Assembly: GCA_000320545.1 (NCBI GenBank)
Contig: ADNK01001596.1
Span: 1 to 64,000 of the forward strand
DNA: 64,000 bases
Direction of reading: 5' to 3'
Source of the DNA: Bigelowiella natans CCMP2755
Lineage: Eukaryota > Protista > Cercozoa
The translations under genes and the position numbers were made by a program. How positions within the stretch are numbered: the stretch's first letter is position 1; every line of letters begins with the position of its first letter. Positions 22,601 through 32,943 of this stretch are shown here, one piece after another. The notes under the pieces were generated by a model. It was not told where the DNA came from, did no database searches, and was given only the letters and a program-made list of their open reading frames with translations.

Positions 22601-24599
22601 TGCCGGGGTTCTTCTTCCGTAGCTCGGTAGGTGTAGGTAGCTTGTTGTCCGCTAGGTCCATAAACTCTAACGCATTAACGCTTGACTCAGAGGTCCACTC
22701 GTCAAGCCGTATCATGTTCTGGCTGATGGTCCTGCCTGACTTCTTTGGCAACTTAGCAAAGTATATCTTGTGATTGTAGAATGATATGATCCCCCCTAAT
22801 TTTTCTAGGGCATCCTGTCCGAGGAGTAGTTCCATGGATAAAGTCATGGCTACTCGGGTCTTGATTTGGGTCTCCGCGTCGCTGCCAGGTATCTGTAGCT
22901 TTAGCATTAGCTCACCGACGGTCTTCATGGAAGAGCTTCCGTCTGCTTGAGCATATTTACGTTCTTTCTTAGTCACTTGATCCAATAGTCCTAACCTTCT
23001 TACTGTGCTTAGGCTTATGAAGGACTTCGGCATGCTGCCACTATCCCAAAGGGCAGGTAGTTTCTTGTAGTCTCCGTAGCTGTCTTTAACTTTAACCTTG
23101 GTCATAGCAACTTTGATAGTCCTGTTAGCGTCTTCGTCATTAATGTTGCATACTCCTAAGTTCTTTATGTCGTCTAGGGTCATGGGCTTGTCTTGGTCCT
23201 GCGTTGCTGGTACTGCTGTCTTCGTCGGCGCCTGCTTAAGGTGATCTAATATTCCGTTTATCTGCTGCTGTATAGCATTGATACTGTTCTGCTTTTTGTT
23301 CTTATATTTATTGTTCTTCCCGTTGTTGCTGCCTTGCCATTTGCTGTTGTTATATCCTTGTCCTCTGCCTTTCTTTCTCTTTAACTTCTCGTAGTGTTCG
23401 TTGAGCTGCCTGATCGTCATCCTGGGTCGTCCTTCTTTCCTGTCTCTGCAGTCTTTAGCGGTGTGTTTCCCTTTACGTGAGCAGTATCCGCAACGTCGGT
23501 TACCTTCCCTGTCCTTGTACCAGTCTCGCTGCGGCTTAATAGCGTTAATGTTTCCTATGCCAGGTACCTTAGGGCTGGTAAACTTGCGGTCCTGCTCCTG
23601 CTCGCGTAGGGATATAGCCTGCACTGCTGCCTCCATCGTGGTGTAGCCTTTCTCCGTAACGTAAGTGGATTCCTTTATCTTTAACTTGAACTCTTCAAAC
23701 CTTGCCTGATCATCACCTGTGTTGTAATTAAAATCATGTAGTTCGTCGATCATATCCTGGAAGCGCGTGGCAAAGTCTCTAACAGGTTCTCTCTCATGCT
23801 GCATCATTGCTCTGTATTTTCTAATAGCCTGGGGTAGGGAGTTAGCATCCTGTTCATTTACAAAAGCCTTCATTATCGCCTCAACGTCTCGTAGCCCACT
23901 AACTGTAGTGTGTATTTTCTCTAGCTGCCTGATCCGGGTCCTGCCTGTCTCGTAAAGGTCCATGGCTTGCTTTATTATAGCTAGCCATTTGAGCTTGTCG
24001 TTTTCGGTGGGGTTAGGGGTAAAGTCGCAGAGTATACTCCTAGCGTTCTTCCACCACCTCCTTGCCTCACCTCTTTTCCCGTTGTATTTCGTTATCATAA
24101 CCGGTGCTGTTTTAACAGACATGAACTGGGTGTTCCGCTGTACCGGCTGCTGCTGCTTGACGGTGCTCTGGGTCGTCCCCCGCGAGGCGCCCAGACCCCC
24201 GTCGTTCCTAAACAAAGCTGCCCACTCTGGAGGTAAGTCTGCTTCGTAATCCATGATGTCCTGCATGATAGCTGCCCAAACATCATGTGTCTGATACTTG
24301 TATTCTATCGATACTTTCAGTTTGGCGTAGTTGCTCGCCCTGGGTCGCAAGGCTCGTAATGCCATTACGACCTTCTTGCTTTCGGCGGCCACGTCCTCGT
24401 CGTCCGCCTCGTAGAAGTTCTCCAGTGCCTCTGCTGCTGCATCTGCTTTCTTAATCCCGGGTGCTGGTCCCGGCGGTGCCTGTGGAGGTGTTCCTCCTCC
24501 TTCCTTAGCGTCCGTATCGCCCTTCCTTTCCTGTTTCTGCTCGTGCCCTTGCACGGCCTGCGAGCCAAAGTCCTGCTGTTCTTCTAGCTGCTGTGACAT
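19626..24599 (-). CDS. Gag-Pol polyprotein of element C (1657 aa)
   Basis: Zinc knuckle CGYCSRKGKHTAKDC, protease ALWDSGS, RT FPYGL and YVDD, RNase H TDWS...TDHKPL, integrase core, SH3-like CTD and an extra C-terminal domain. Confidence 0.96.
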   Translation of the reverse strand: MSQQLEEQQDFGSQAVQGHEQKQERKGDTDAKEGGGTPPQAPPGPAPGIKKADAAAEALENFYEADDEDVAAESKKVVMALRALRPRASNYAKLKVSIEYKYQTHDVWAAIMQDIMDYEADLPPEWAALFRNDGGLGASRGTTQSTVKQQQPVQRNTQFMSVKTAPVMITKYNGKRGEARRWWKNARSILCDFTPNPTENDKLKWLAIIKQAMDLYETGRTRIRQLEKIHTTVSGLRDVEAIMKAFVNEQDANSLPQAIRKYRAMMQHEREPVRDFATRFQDMIDELHDFNYNTGDDQARFEEFKLKIKESTYVTEKGYTTMEAAVQAISLREQEQDRKFTSPKVPGIGNINAIKPQRDWYKDREGNRRCGYCSRKGKHTAKDCRDRKEGRPRMTIRQLNEHYEKLKRKKGRGQGYNNSKWQGSNNGKNNKYKNKKQNSINAIQQQINGILDHLKQAPTKTAVPATQDQDKPMTLDDIKNLGVCNINDEDANRTIKVAMTKVKVKDSYGDYKKLPALWDSGSMPKSFISLSTVRRLGLLDQVTKKERKYAQADGSSSMKTVGELMLKLQIPGSDAETQIKTRVAMTLSMELLLGQDALEKLGGIISFYNHKIYFAKLPKKSGRTISQNMIRLDEWTSESSVNALEFMDLADNKLPTPTELRKKNPGKTIRQITELLDKTPPADDWDIDKGKKYINKILNEKYSDITKPTTKPSSKLTPVKIELKKGYEECIINDPEHRRPEADWEKIEWQINEWAKEGKIEPSNSPWNVRHVLAKKPTYPFFRLAHNFIRHNRVIKRIQTPTPRIDDVIEHVIGYKYYSSLDKNESYMQTPIHKTSRPITAFSSRHRKWHFVVFPYGLSISGDAFSSQNYRAYTHDGMASVLWVFVFVYVDDDIICTNTVVAQIFLLENIFIRFAHFGFTIRLQKCTFLATRIKWCGYYLEQGRITPNPEKVAALQQAPKPKNAKELKSFLQTAAWILRRFSPTYARTAAAFTTAYRKENSVGLSFAKVWAKAGLDAHFDNLIKLCSNTLLNAKLDTTRPATLWTDWSKLGMAAVLTQDQQIIRVWGRACTAAEAKYSPTKGEYKAMTEAQRKLRYYLLSVPSFTLMTDHKPLLGIDRKLEAPNDEYAAMRADTEEFRDKRTVVYAPGDKQLADYFSRLFEKKVPTQVTPMVNAITFEDGDFLPEPEELQHLQEHLDKYKHKHEVLSDRIYVYTNNVRRTYVPRRTRGALLFTAHGPAHVGENHITALLYHYYWPYKLKEIRTYLRGCRCSSLKAAGVATKESSKSRASKKIKARNFLDIVQIDVYKYDGYHYLTFVDVATGKCWVKKIIKVNVAKKNKGLYKQRLTNCYRTWESELQAIPDEVSINKIPKKLHVDNETSLLQLPHPNIDASPVYYAQSNSKVERLHRTLANLSRINSTTPDKIQGLVNDTFTSGGGIKDKEREEGDDNDDDTESEDEKVPYDGRVLKEGQYVRAKVNLRSRNKQDPFWGGVAKVTERKGRKQYYIYDGNRVTLRHISHLKNYDIGEKLLEDVKVNPTVWERAMPCLGPRPKFDVEYGNNKVRVNDDWRMKIVYLGYPGLRNMERVAMKIKDGKYQLLYLAVPDLPFEHWYKVLGDLDAEGWYGHEPKDEGEFWVSDKGDKVREESITWWLVKFRKR

Positions 24600-24638
24600 T
24601 GTTAGTCAAATCGTTTCCCGTGTGTGGAAGCCAAAGGT

Positions 24639-24964
24639 TGTTGCGCGTAAGGTGTTCACAGGCCGAGGCGCTACGTGCACAAGTAGGCAGGGGGGGGGAA
24701 AGGCACGTTTGCTTCCTTTTGAAGAGTTGTGTTTATTTTTATTAAAGATTATATTTTTATTAAATCGTGCACTGCGTAATCATTCGCGAAGCTTTCGCGA
24801 ATGCCGCCGCACGTGGGGCAGCACACTTCCGGTGTGCTGCCATGAGTCCCGCCGGAACCCACGTGCCTATGCTGTATTAATATCTACGTTATCTATATTC
24901 TATATCCGCGACAACCCCTTTGTTGTCGCACGTGACTTGTGCCCGCGTAGTGGTACGCGCTACA
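24639..24964 (-). repeat. 5' LTR of element C
   Basis: Followed on the minus strand by PBS TGGCTTCCAC. Confidence 0.96.
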
Positions 24965-26019
24965 TGCGTCCATCGTCGGGGAGCCAGTTCCTGACCCCGT
25001 CGCCAATGTCTGAACCCTCTGCTTCCACCCCTGCATCGACTACTTCGTCTTCAAGTTGTTCCACGTGCGATTCCACGTCAAAAAGACTGACAGAGGTCAT
25101 TGGTCCGCTTGATGTCGATGGTGACCGCATCGGCAGCAAGCTCCGTCGTTCCACCAGAAAATCCAATTTCTCTGCATCATCGGTTAGTTCGTCGTCGTCT
25201 AGGGCTTCTTCCCGCACAAGTGTGAGTATGATCGAGGACGATGTTGTTGCTGTGGTGGGGTGCAATGCAGTGTTGTCCACAAGAAAGGCAGCTGTCCGAG
25301 GTCCCACCTCGAACAGATTCGGAACAAATGCTGGCAAAAGGGAAGTGTCCAGCAAGGAGTTGAATCTGCCCGATCCTCGAGATTTGACTGCACCGGCTAA
25401 AAAAAGGACAGCGGCAGAAGTGATCCGCAAATGCACGCCCCGCAGGAAGGCATCTGTGATGAATCAGACAGCTGCATGGGCTGGCATGAGCAAAAGAAAT
25501 GCTGGACGATGGTGGAACAATGTGTGGAATGCTTCTGAAGGGGATCTAGTTTCGGATGTGTTGCAGGCCAGAGGCCAGCCACCGAAATTGAAGAAAAGCA
25601 TGATGTCGAGAGTGTGCAAGGAGGTGGTGAACGACAACACGGGTGCAAGCAGCAATGTGAAGTTTGCTGTGACAGAAAACGACACATTGCGCCGAATGGA
25701 TGAGCTGGTGGAGGAAGAAGCGAGGAGGAAGAACAAACGTGCATCAAGGGCCAAGATGGGCAGATCCACGAAGTGCGTGATGCTCAGTGCGATGAGCCTC
25801 ATCACCAACACCAAGAGACGCGTGAAGTGCAAAACCCAGTCCAGAACAACCGCCGAGTCTTCTCTGAGGAATCTGGTGTCTTGCTGCTGTGAAAAAACGC
25901 AAGGTGTTGAAATGGGTGCAATGTCAACCCAAATGAAGATTGCAACGATGGACACAGTGACATCACACGTGATGTGCATGTGGTGTTGCACGTTGTCTGC
26001 AATGAGCATCCCCTTGTGA

Positions 26020-26369
26020 TGCATGTGGTGCTGACGTGCATGCATTGCAGCAGCAGCAGCAGTGGCAGTGGTCATTGTGGTGCTGCATGTGGTGCTGACG
26101 TGCATGCATTGCAGCAGCAGCAGCAGCAGTGGTGGTGGTCATTGTGGTGCTGCACACGGTGCTGACGTGCATGCATTGCAGCAGCAGCAGCAGTGGTGGT
26201 GGTCATTGCGGTGCTGCATGTGGTGCTGACGTGCATGCATTGCAGCAGCAGCAGCAGCAGCAGTGGTCATTGTGGTGCTGCATGTGGTGCTGACGTGCAT
26301 GCATTGCAGCAGCAGCAGCAGCAGCAGTGGTCATTGTGGTGCTGCACGTGGTGCTGACGTGCATGCATT
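26020..26369. repeat. Minisatellite with a unit of about 60 bp containing a variable (GCA)n run; left part
   Basis: Repeats of TGCATGTGGTGCTGACGTGCATGCATT(GCA)nGTGGTCATTGTGGTGC. Confidence 0.9.
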
Positions 26370-26883
26370 TGATGTGCGCCATGCTGTTGGAGCTGCGCCA
26401 TTTCTCTGCTGAGACGCTCAACCCTGCAGCAAGTGAGCAGCAGCAAGCTCAATCCTTTGGCTAGACAAGTTGCAATCCAAACATCCTTCCACATGGATGC
26501 AGCTCAGCTTCAAGGACATCGATCCTTGAAGCACAATTTGGTCATCAGACATTGGTTTAGATGCAGCTCCAGTCATCAGCGCAGACGCAATCCACCGGGA
26601 GCTAGTGCTCCGTGGATGTGGTCAGCACAGTGCAGTTGGCACGATGTGGTGACGACAATCCTCTGACGGGATGTCGTGGTCCTTGTCGCAAGGAACAATG
26701 TCGCGATCAGCGCCCTTGCGACAGCACATCATGTTGACACGTGCTGACAGCCGAAGCTTCTCGAAAGCTTCGGGAAACAATTCGGAACATCAATTTGCGC
26801 GCCAAATGCTGTCAATGCGCAAACATGTAACGGAAGTAAATCGTGATCAGAATTGAAATGGACAAGTGCCTTCGCGCATCACA
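26370..26883 (+). repeat. 5' LTR of element B
   Basis: Matches 31893-32406 with a few transition-only differences. Confidence 0.95.
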
Positions 26884-26932
26884 AATTGGCTTCCACTCTA
26901 GGAAATTTTTTTTTGCCCCCCCGGACCCTCCC

Positions 26933-29900
26933 ATGACCCCTCTTGACACCGCCGTTGACGCTGCAGTGGCCTTCACGAAGGATCCCACCGACAGCAAGGC
27001 GGTGCAGCACGCCCTCAGCGCCCTCACGCCGAATCCCATCTTTCACGAGTCACTTCGTCAGGGTGTGGAGAAGGCTACGGACGCTCGCATGTTTGGAGCT
27101 TTCAGGTTGATGTTGATTGAGGCCATCCCGGAGGGACAACCTCGCCAAGCTAACGTCAGTGCTACTAACTTGCAACTTTGGCGCACCTTCTTCGCTACGG
27201 ACAACGGTAACTCGTTGCCCGTAGACGATGCTGATGCTGTTAAGTCCCCCTCTGCTGACAGTGAACGGGGCCAGCAAATGCAACCTAAAGTCAGAATCAA
27301 ATCCACGAATGACATCAACAAAGTTAGTGTTACCCTCCCGAAGTTTAATGGCTCGAGAGGTAAATGTACTCGTTGGTGGAAGAAGGTTAGAAAGACTTTA
27401 GAAAGTACTTACCCCGGTTTCGACTCGAAGGAAAAGAACCAGTGGTTACCTGTGATCCGGGGTTGCCTTCAAGGATGCCAAGCGGGTTACGAGAGACTCG
27501 AGCAATGCGAGGATCGAGAACCTAAGTTGATTGGCACGGTAGATAAGTTAGATGTTTACCTGCTCATGGAGAAGTTCGTGAAATCTTACGATCGGAACTC
27601 CAAGGGCCACTTGCTTCAGGAGTGGCGGGCGCTATCCCAGAACGATCGCGAGCTTATCGATGACTTCAAGACTCGCTTCTTCGGATTAGTCGCCGACCTA
27701 AAAGAGCAAGGTCACGTGATCCCACCTAATCAACTTTGTGATTACTTTAGGGACATGTGCAAAGAGTCCGCTACTTTGCGTATCAAGAAGAAAGAAATCA
27801 CCGACATCGATGCAGCTGTGGACTACATCGCGGAAATTGAAGCGAATGCTGTCAAAGGCACGTCGAAAGGTCTACATGATATACCCCGATCTGATCGAGC
27901 CGGTGGAAATGAAGGTACGAAAGAGACGTTTACCGACAGAAAAGGTAAAGTTAGGTGTACCCATTGCTGCGGGTTGAAGCACGGGCAGTCCCAGTGTTAT
28001 CGCCGTAAGAAAGGGAAACCTAAAGTGACGTTGAAAGAGAGAATTAACTTAGAGGACCAAAGGGATAAACGTAGGAACGGTCATAACGGGAGAAAGGGAA
28101 ACTTGAGGGGAAACTTGAACAATGCATCTCAGGTTCTTCAGCAGCAGGTGGAGAAGCAGGGCAAAGCGATGAACACGTTGCTAACGATGCTCGGGGGAGG
28201 TAAGGAGGCTCCGCAGGAGCCGACCCTCCAGGACGTACGTTCTATGCTTCACGCTGTATCACCTTGCGAGGCCGCGGGGCCTCCTCCGGATGCCGCTGAT
28301 GTCCCGCCCGTTGATCATGTGCCCAGCGCTGAGGATTGCAAACCAGCTTCAGCCCCTACCCCGACCCCTTCTCTACAAAGCGCTAACTCTCTTCACGGCA
28401 GCCGCAAAGTGTCCATGACGAACATCGGCTTGCGTAACTCAAAGGGACAGTTTGATACCTTTGCTGCCCTCTGGGATTCTGGTGCCATGCCCGAGTCACA
28501 TGTCAACCTGCACACAGTCAAGGCATTAGGCCTGCAGAGGTTGGTCAAGGTGCATCGAGAGAATCACAAGAACGCTCAAGACCAGTCGACTTTCTCGACC
28601 ATCGGTTCCATCGAGCTTGAGGTCAACCTCAATGGTGAGGTTGTGCCTTGCACCTTCAAGGTTGCCCCTGTTCATGTGAACATCATTCTGGGACAGGGAT
28701 TTTTGGAATTAGTGGGAGGGGTCATCAATGTGGTGAACCATGCTGTTACCTGTCTCCGCATTATCGCGACGCGTCCAGCAACCCATGATCAAAGCATCGG
28801 AGTGGAAATCAGTCGGCAACATTGGAGCTGAGGATTGCATGAATGGTTTGCCGCCTCCTGAAGAATGCCGCAAGATGCATCCAGGGAAGAACCTGCGCCA
28901 GACAGCGGAGATCCTCGAGCGGACTCCGCCGAACGATGACCTAACGGTGGAGCAGGGGCGGGAACATGTGAAGCATTTGCTCGATGCGAAATGCAAAAGC
29001 ATTGCCGTGCCGAGATCTTCTCCTTCTCCGCACATGCGCCCTGTGCGCCTGCGACTCAAAGAGGGGTACGAGGATGTCATTGTCAATGTGCCTCCTCGCC
29101 CGAGGCCGGACCGCGACTGGGACCGGATCGAGAACCAGGTTGCGGAGTGGGAGCGCCAAGGGAAAGTGGTCCCCACCACTTCTGCCTGGAATGCCCCGCA
29201 CGTCGTCGCCGCTAAGTCTGCACCCCCTCATTTTGGACTAGCGCAAGATCACAGGAGAGTCAACAAAGTGTTGGCACCTGCAAAGTTCCCGCTTCACCGG
29301 ATCGATCTCATCGTCGACGATCAGGCGCGGAAAAAGATTGAATCTGTTCTGGATCAGATGGAGGCACACATGCAGACGCCGGTCCACAAGAGGGACCAGT
29401 TCATGCTCGCCTTCAGTGCTAGGAAGGGCAAGCACATGTTCACTGTGCTGCCCCACGGGATGAAGGTGTCGGGGGACCTGCACACGCAGCGGAAGTTCGA
29501 GATCCAGTCCTCCGATGGCGGTTCCGTCCTCCTGTGGCATTTCACATTTTCACATGTTGATGATGACGCAGCAGGTGCAGACACGGTTGCAGCACACACT
29601 TTCATCATGCAGTGCATGTTGGACAGGTTCCTGAAATTCGGGACAGTGATCCGTCCGGAGAAGTGCGAGTGGCTGAAAAAGGAAGTTGTGCATTTGGGTC
29701 ATTCAGTTGGCGACGGTGTTGTGCGCCCTGACCCTGAGAGCCTTGCCGCGTTTGACAGTCTTCCTGAACGCCCCCTGAACCACAAGGAGTTGCGTCGGTT
29801 CCTCGGCATGGCCCAGTGGCACCTCAAGCGCTTCGCCCCCGAATGTGCAGAGTGTGCGGCCGTCCTGTCCTCCACCTGCAACAGAAAGCCTGACTCGGAA

Positions 29901-31874
29901 AGTCCTCTCGCGGAAACGTGGAACGCAGCCTGCCAGTCGGCGCATGATGGGATCATCGCCATGTGCAAGTCTGACCTTCAGAACAAAGCATTCGACAAAT
30001 CCTGCCAGTCCTCGCAGGTCTGGTTTGACTGGAGCAAGTCAGGTGTCAGTGCGGTGCTGGTGCAAGATGGTGAGGTGGTCAGGGCACATGGGCGAGCCTG
30101 CAATCCTGCAGAATCTCGCTGCTCCCCCACCAAAGGCGAACTCCTCGCTTTCACCGAAGCCCAGCTCCACTTCCGTCCCCAGCTCCTCAGTCTGGATGGC
30201 TTCCTGATGGTGACGGATCACCGACCGCTCCTAGGTGTCATTGAGAAATTGGATTTGGACAATGAAAACCTTGCCTCCCTCAGGGTTGAAACTGAGGAGT
30301 TCAGGGACAGGCGGACGCTGGTGCATGTCAAGGGCGACTCCAATCTGTCGGACATCTGGTCAAGGATGTGGCCAAGTGAGACGACAGAAGAGGGCTCCCT
30401 GACCAATGTGGTTTGCAGCATCACCCTTGAGGGGGGCGATTTCAAGCTGCGGAGCGAGGACCGTCGGGATCTCAGCGAGCGGAGAGAGAAATGTGGGTTG
30501 GTGCACCAAGTCTCTGATGCGCACGCTGAGGTCACAACTGAAGACACGCAGAGGACACACGTGCCTGCTCGCAGTCGCCGTTCTCTGCTCTGCAGTCTCC
30601 ATCTCCCTGATCATCAGGGGGAGCACACTCTCATCCGCAGGCTCCAGCCTCACTGCATTCCTAACAAGCAGGAATGCGTGCGGGAGTTTCTGAAGCACTG
30701 CACCTGTTGCACCTCTGAGCCGCAGACACTTCTCCGCCGCGAGTCCCCCAAGTCCAAGCAACAGTCTGTTGTCCAAGCGGACAAGCACTTGGACGTGGTG
30801 CAACTAGACGTGTGCTCTTGTGGGGACCAGAACCACCTCACGTTTGCGGATGTCAAAACGAAGAGGGCATGGGTCAGGAAGCTGCTCAAGAAGGGCGCCG
30901 CGAAAAAGAACAAGGGCGCCCACAAACGCAAAACACTGGAACAGTGTGTGATCTGGGAGTCCAGCTTGGGCCAGACACCCAAGCAGTTGCGGATGGACAA
31001 TGAGGATGCGTTGATCGCTGTTCCTCACAAGAACATCCGCGCTCACCCGGCTTGCCGTCCCCAGAACAATGGCATCATGGAGAGGGCTCATCAGGAGATT
31101 GCACGTCTGTGCAGGTCGATGAATTCGACCCCTGATGAAGCATGCAAGTGCCTCCGTGTCAACTTGGAACCCCTCAAGCCTGCATTTGAAGCTGGGGGAG
31201 GCGAGGAGCACAAGATGAAATGTGGGCTAGCTTCAAAGCAAGCTCAGCCGTCAGCCAACATTGCCACGGCGTCGGCACATGACGGTAGGACTCTCGAACC
31301 GGGAAGCTTGGTGCTCGTCAAAGTGCACTCCCGCTCCCGGAAGAAAAGCGATCCTGCATGGGCAGGACCGTTTGAGGTGCAGAGTCGTGCCTCCACCAAG
31401 TCACACTTCCTGAAGCGCAATGACAGGCTGTCTCACCGTCATTTCGACGATGTGAAACCGTTCTCCTTGGCCGACGAGACTTTCAAAGACTCCAAGGTGA
31501 ACCCTGTTGCATTCGAAAAAGGGAAAAGCTGCTCAGGTGAGATGCCAAAGAGCTTCGACGTGAAGTGTGAGAACCTGAATGCGGACTGCTCCGGGGACTG
31601 GAAAGGCAAGACCGTGTGGTTGGGACATCCGGGAGGGGAAGAGCTTGAACGAGTTGTGTCCAAGTTGAAGCTACGAGGCTTCAAGTCAGCCGTGCTCGTC
31701 GTCCCCGAAGTTCCCTTCCGTGATTGGTGTGCCACGTTGGAGGGCATTCGGAACGCCCGTTGGCACGGAGTAGAGCCTGGAGATGAACACCAGTTTTGGG
31801 TGGACTCTTCGAGCCGCCCCCACTGCAAGCCCCCTGTTGCTTGGTGGGTTGTGAGGATGGCTGGCAAAGGGTGA
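26933..31874 (+). pseudogene. gag-pol of element B (frameshift near 28750; RT motif HVDD)
   Basis: ORFs 26843-28831 and 28740-31874 with ALWDSGA, LPHGM, HVDD, FDWSK, TDHRPL and integrase. Only one Tyr seen in the 1044-aa pol ORF. Confidence 0.92.
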
Positions 31875-31892
31875 ATTCGCGTCTGGGGGAGG

Positions 31893-32406
31893 TGATGTGC
31901 GCCACGCTGTTGGAGCTGCGCCATTTCTCTGCTGAGACGCTCAACCCTGCAGCAAGTGAGCAGCAGCAAGCTCAATCCTTTGGCTAGACAAGTTGCAATC
32001 CAAACATCCTTCCACATGGATGCAGCTCAGCTTCAAGGACATCGATCCTTGAAGCACAGTTTGGTCATCAGACATTGGTTTGGATGTGGCTCCAGTCATC
32101 AGCGCAGACGCAATCCACCGGGAGCTAGTGCTCCGTGGATGTGGTCAGCACAGTGCAGTTGGCACGATGTGGTGACGACAATCCTCTGACGGGATGTCGT
32201 GGTCCTTGTCGCAAGGAACAATGTCGCGATCAGCGCCCTTGCGACAGCACATCATGTTGACACGTGCTGACAGCCGAAGCTTCTCGAAAGCTTCGGGAAA
32301 CAATTCGGAACATCAATTTGCGCGCCAAATGCTGTCAATGCGCAAACATGCAACGGAAGCAAATCGTGATTGGAATTGAAATGGACAAGTGCCTTCGCGC
32401 ATTGCA
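31893..32406 (+). repeat. 3' LTR of element B
   Basis: Follows the PPT and is followed by TSD CATT. Confidence 0.95.
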
Positions 32407-32507
32407 CATTGCAGCAGCAGCAGCAGCAGCAGTGGTCATTGTGGTGCTGCGTGTGGTGCTGACGTGCATGCATTGCAGCAGCAGCAGCAGCAGCAGTGGT
32501 GGTCATT
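32407..32507. repeat. Minisatellite, right part (split by element B)
   Basis: The same unit resumes exactly after the TSD. Confidence 0.88.
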
Positions 32508-32943
32508 GAAAGTTGCATTCAATCAACAGTTTCCGGTGGTGCGAATTCGTCCCAATGGTGGAAGGTGGGATCACGGTTGCCCTCGTCACACGAGCAGTCA
32601 ACAAAATGTTTTTCACAGGCGCGAGATTGTCCACCCCCCTGACTGTGTTCCTGATGTGCCCAATGTGCTTCCCGCCATGATGACAATTGACCGACTTTCC
32701 ATCAGGTGCATTGTGATTGTCCACGATGCGCAAACTCACCAACGAACCGCCAATTGGTGGGTCACGCAAACCAGTTTTGTCATCCTTCTTGATCCAGACA
32801 GTGGCAGTGTGAGCATGAGTTGCCACGGTGCTCGCATCAGCAGTGTTGGTGCCAACTCTCTTGATTTCTGTGGGCTTCATTTTTTTGGGCTTGCAAACGT
32901 TCAGCGAACTTTGTTTGATTTCTCCCATGGTCTGAACACACAC
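32503..32943 (-). pseudogene. HIRAN-like domain ORF inside element D, hypermutated
   Basis: VSLRIVDNHNAPDGKSVNCHHGGKHIGHI resembles the HIRAN pattern LxxxxxNxxDxxAIxVxxxxxxIGY[IV] if His is read as former Tyr. Confidence 0.4.

Larger units (their letters stand above)
19249..24964 (-). mobile_element. Intact, recent Ty3/Gypsy LTR retrotransposon C
   Basis: Two 326-bp LTRs that read identical, 4-bp TSD TGCG (19245-19248 and 24965-24968), PBS TGGCTTCCAC (24633-24624), PPT GGGGGAGG (19582-19575) and a single open gag-pol. Confidence 0.97.
19079..26019 (+). pseudogene. ORF of element D interrupted by element C
   Basis: Removing C and one TGCG copy joins ...KCVRVR to PSSGSQFL... in frame, giving about 400 aa that are basic, Ser-rich and Tyr-free. 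Confidence 0.65.
26370..32406 (+). mobile_element. Ty3/Gypsy LTR retrotransposon B, same lineage as C, TpA-hypermutated
   Basis: 514-bp LTRs, 4-bp TSD CATT (26366-26369 and 32407-32410), PBS TGGCTTCCAC at 26887-26896, PPT GGGGGAGG at 31885-31892. Protein is colinear with C. Confidence 0.95.

Noticed and set aside
26020-26369. Regular repeats as a CRISPR array
   Set aside because: There are no unique spacers, units differ mainly in (GCA)n length, the context is eukaryotic and no cas genes are present.
28740-28831. Programmed ribosomal frameshift in element B
   Set aside because: The related intact element C is a single ORF across this point and no slippery heptamer is evident, so a decay indel or sequence error is more likely.
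9000-32406. Classical RIP or CpG methylation decay as the cause of TG/CA excess
   Set aside because: RIP would increase TA and add stops. CpG is still common here, and conserved Tyr codons show TA was the ancestral state.
26370-32406. ADAR-type RNA editing or cDNA editing before integration
   Set aside because: Both strands are changed, the LTRs differ from each other at ex-TA sites, and non-retroelement flanks and a TIR are affected.
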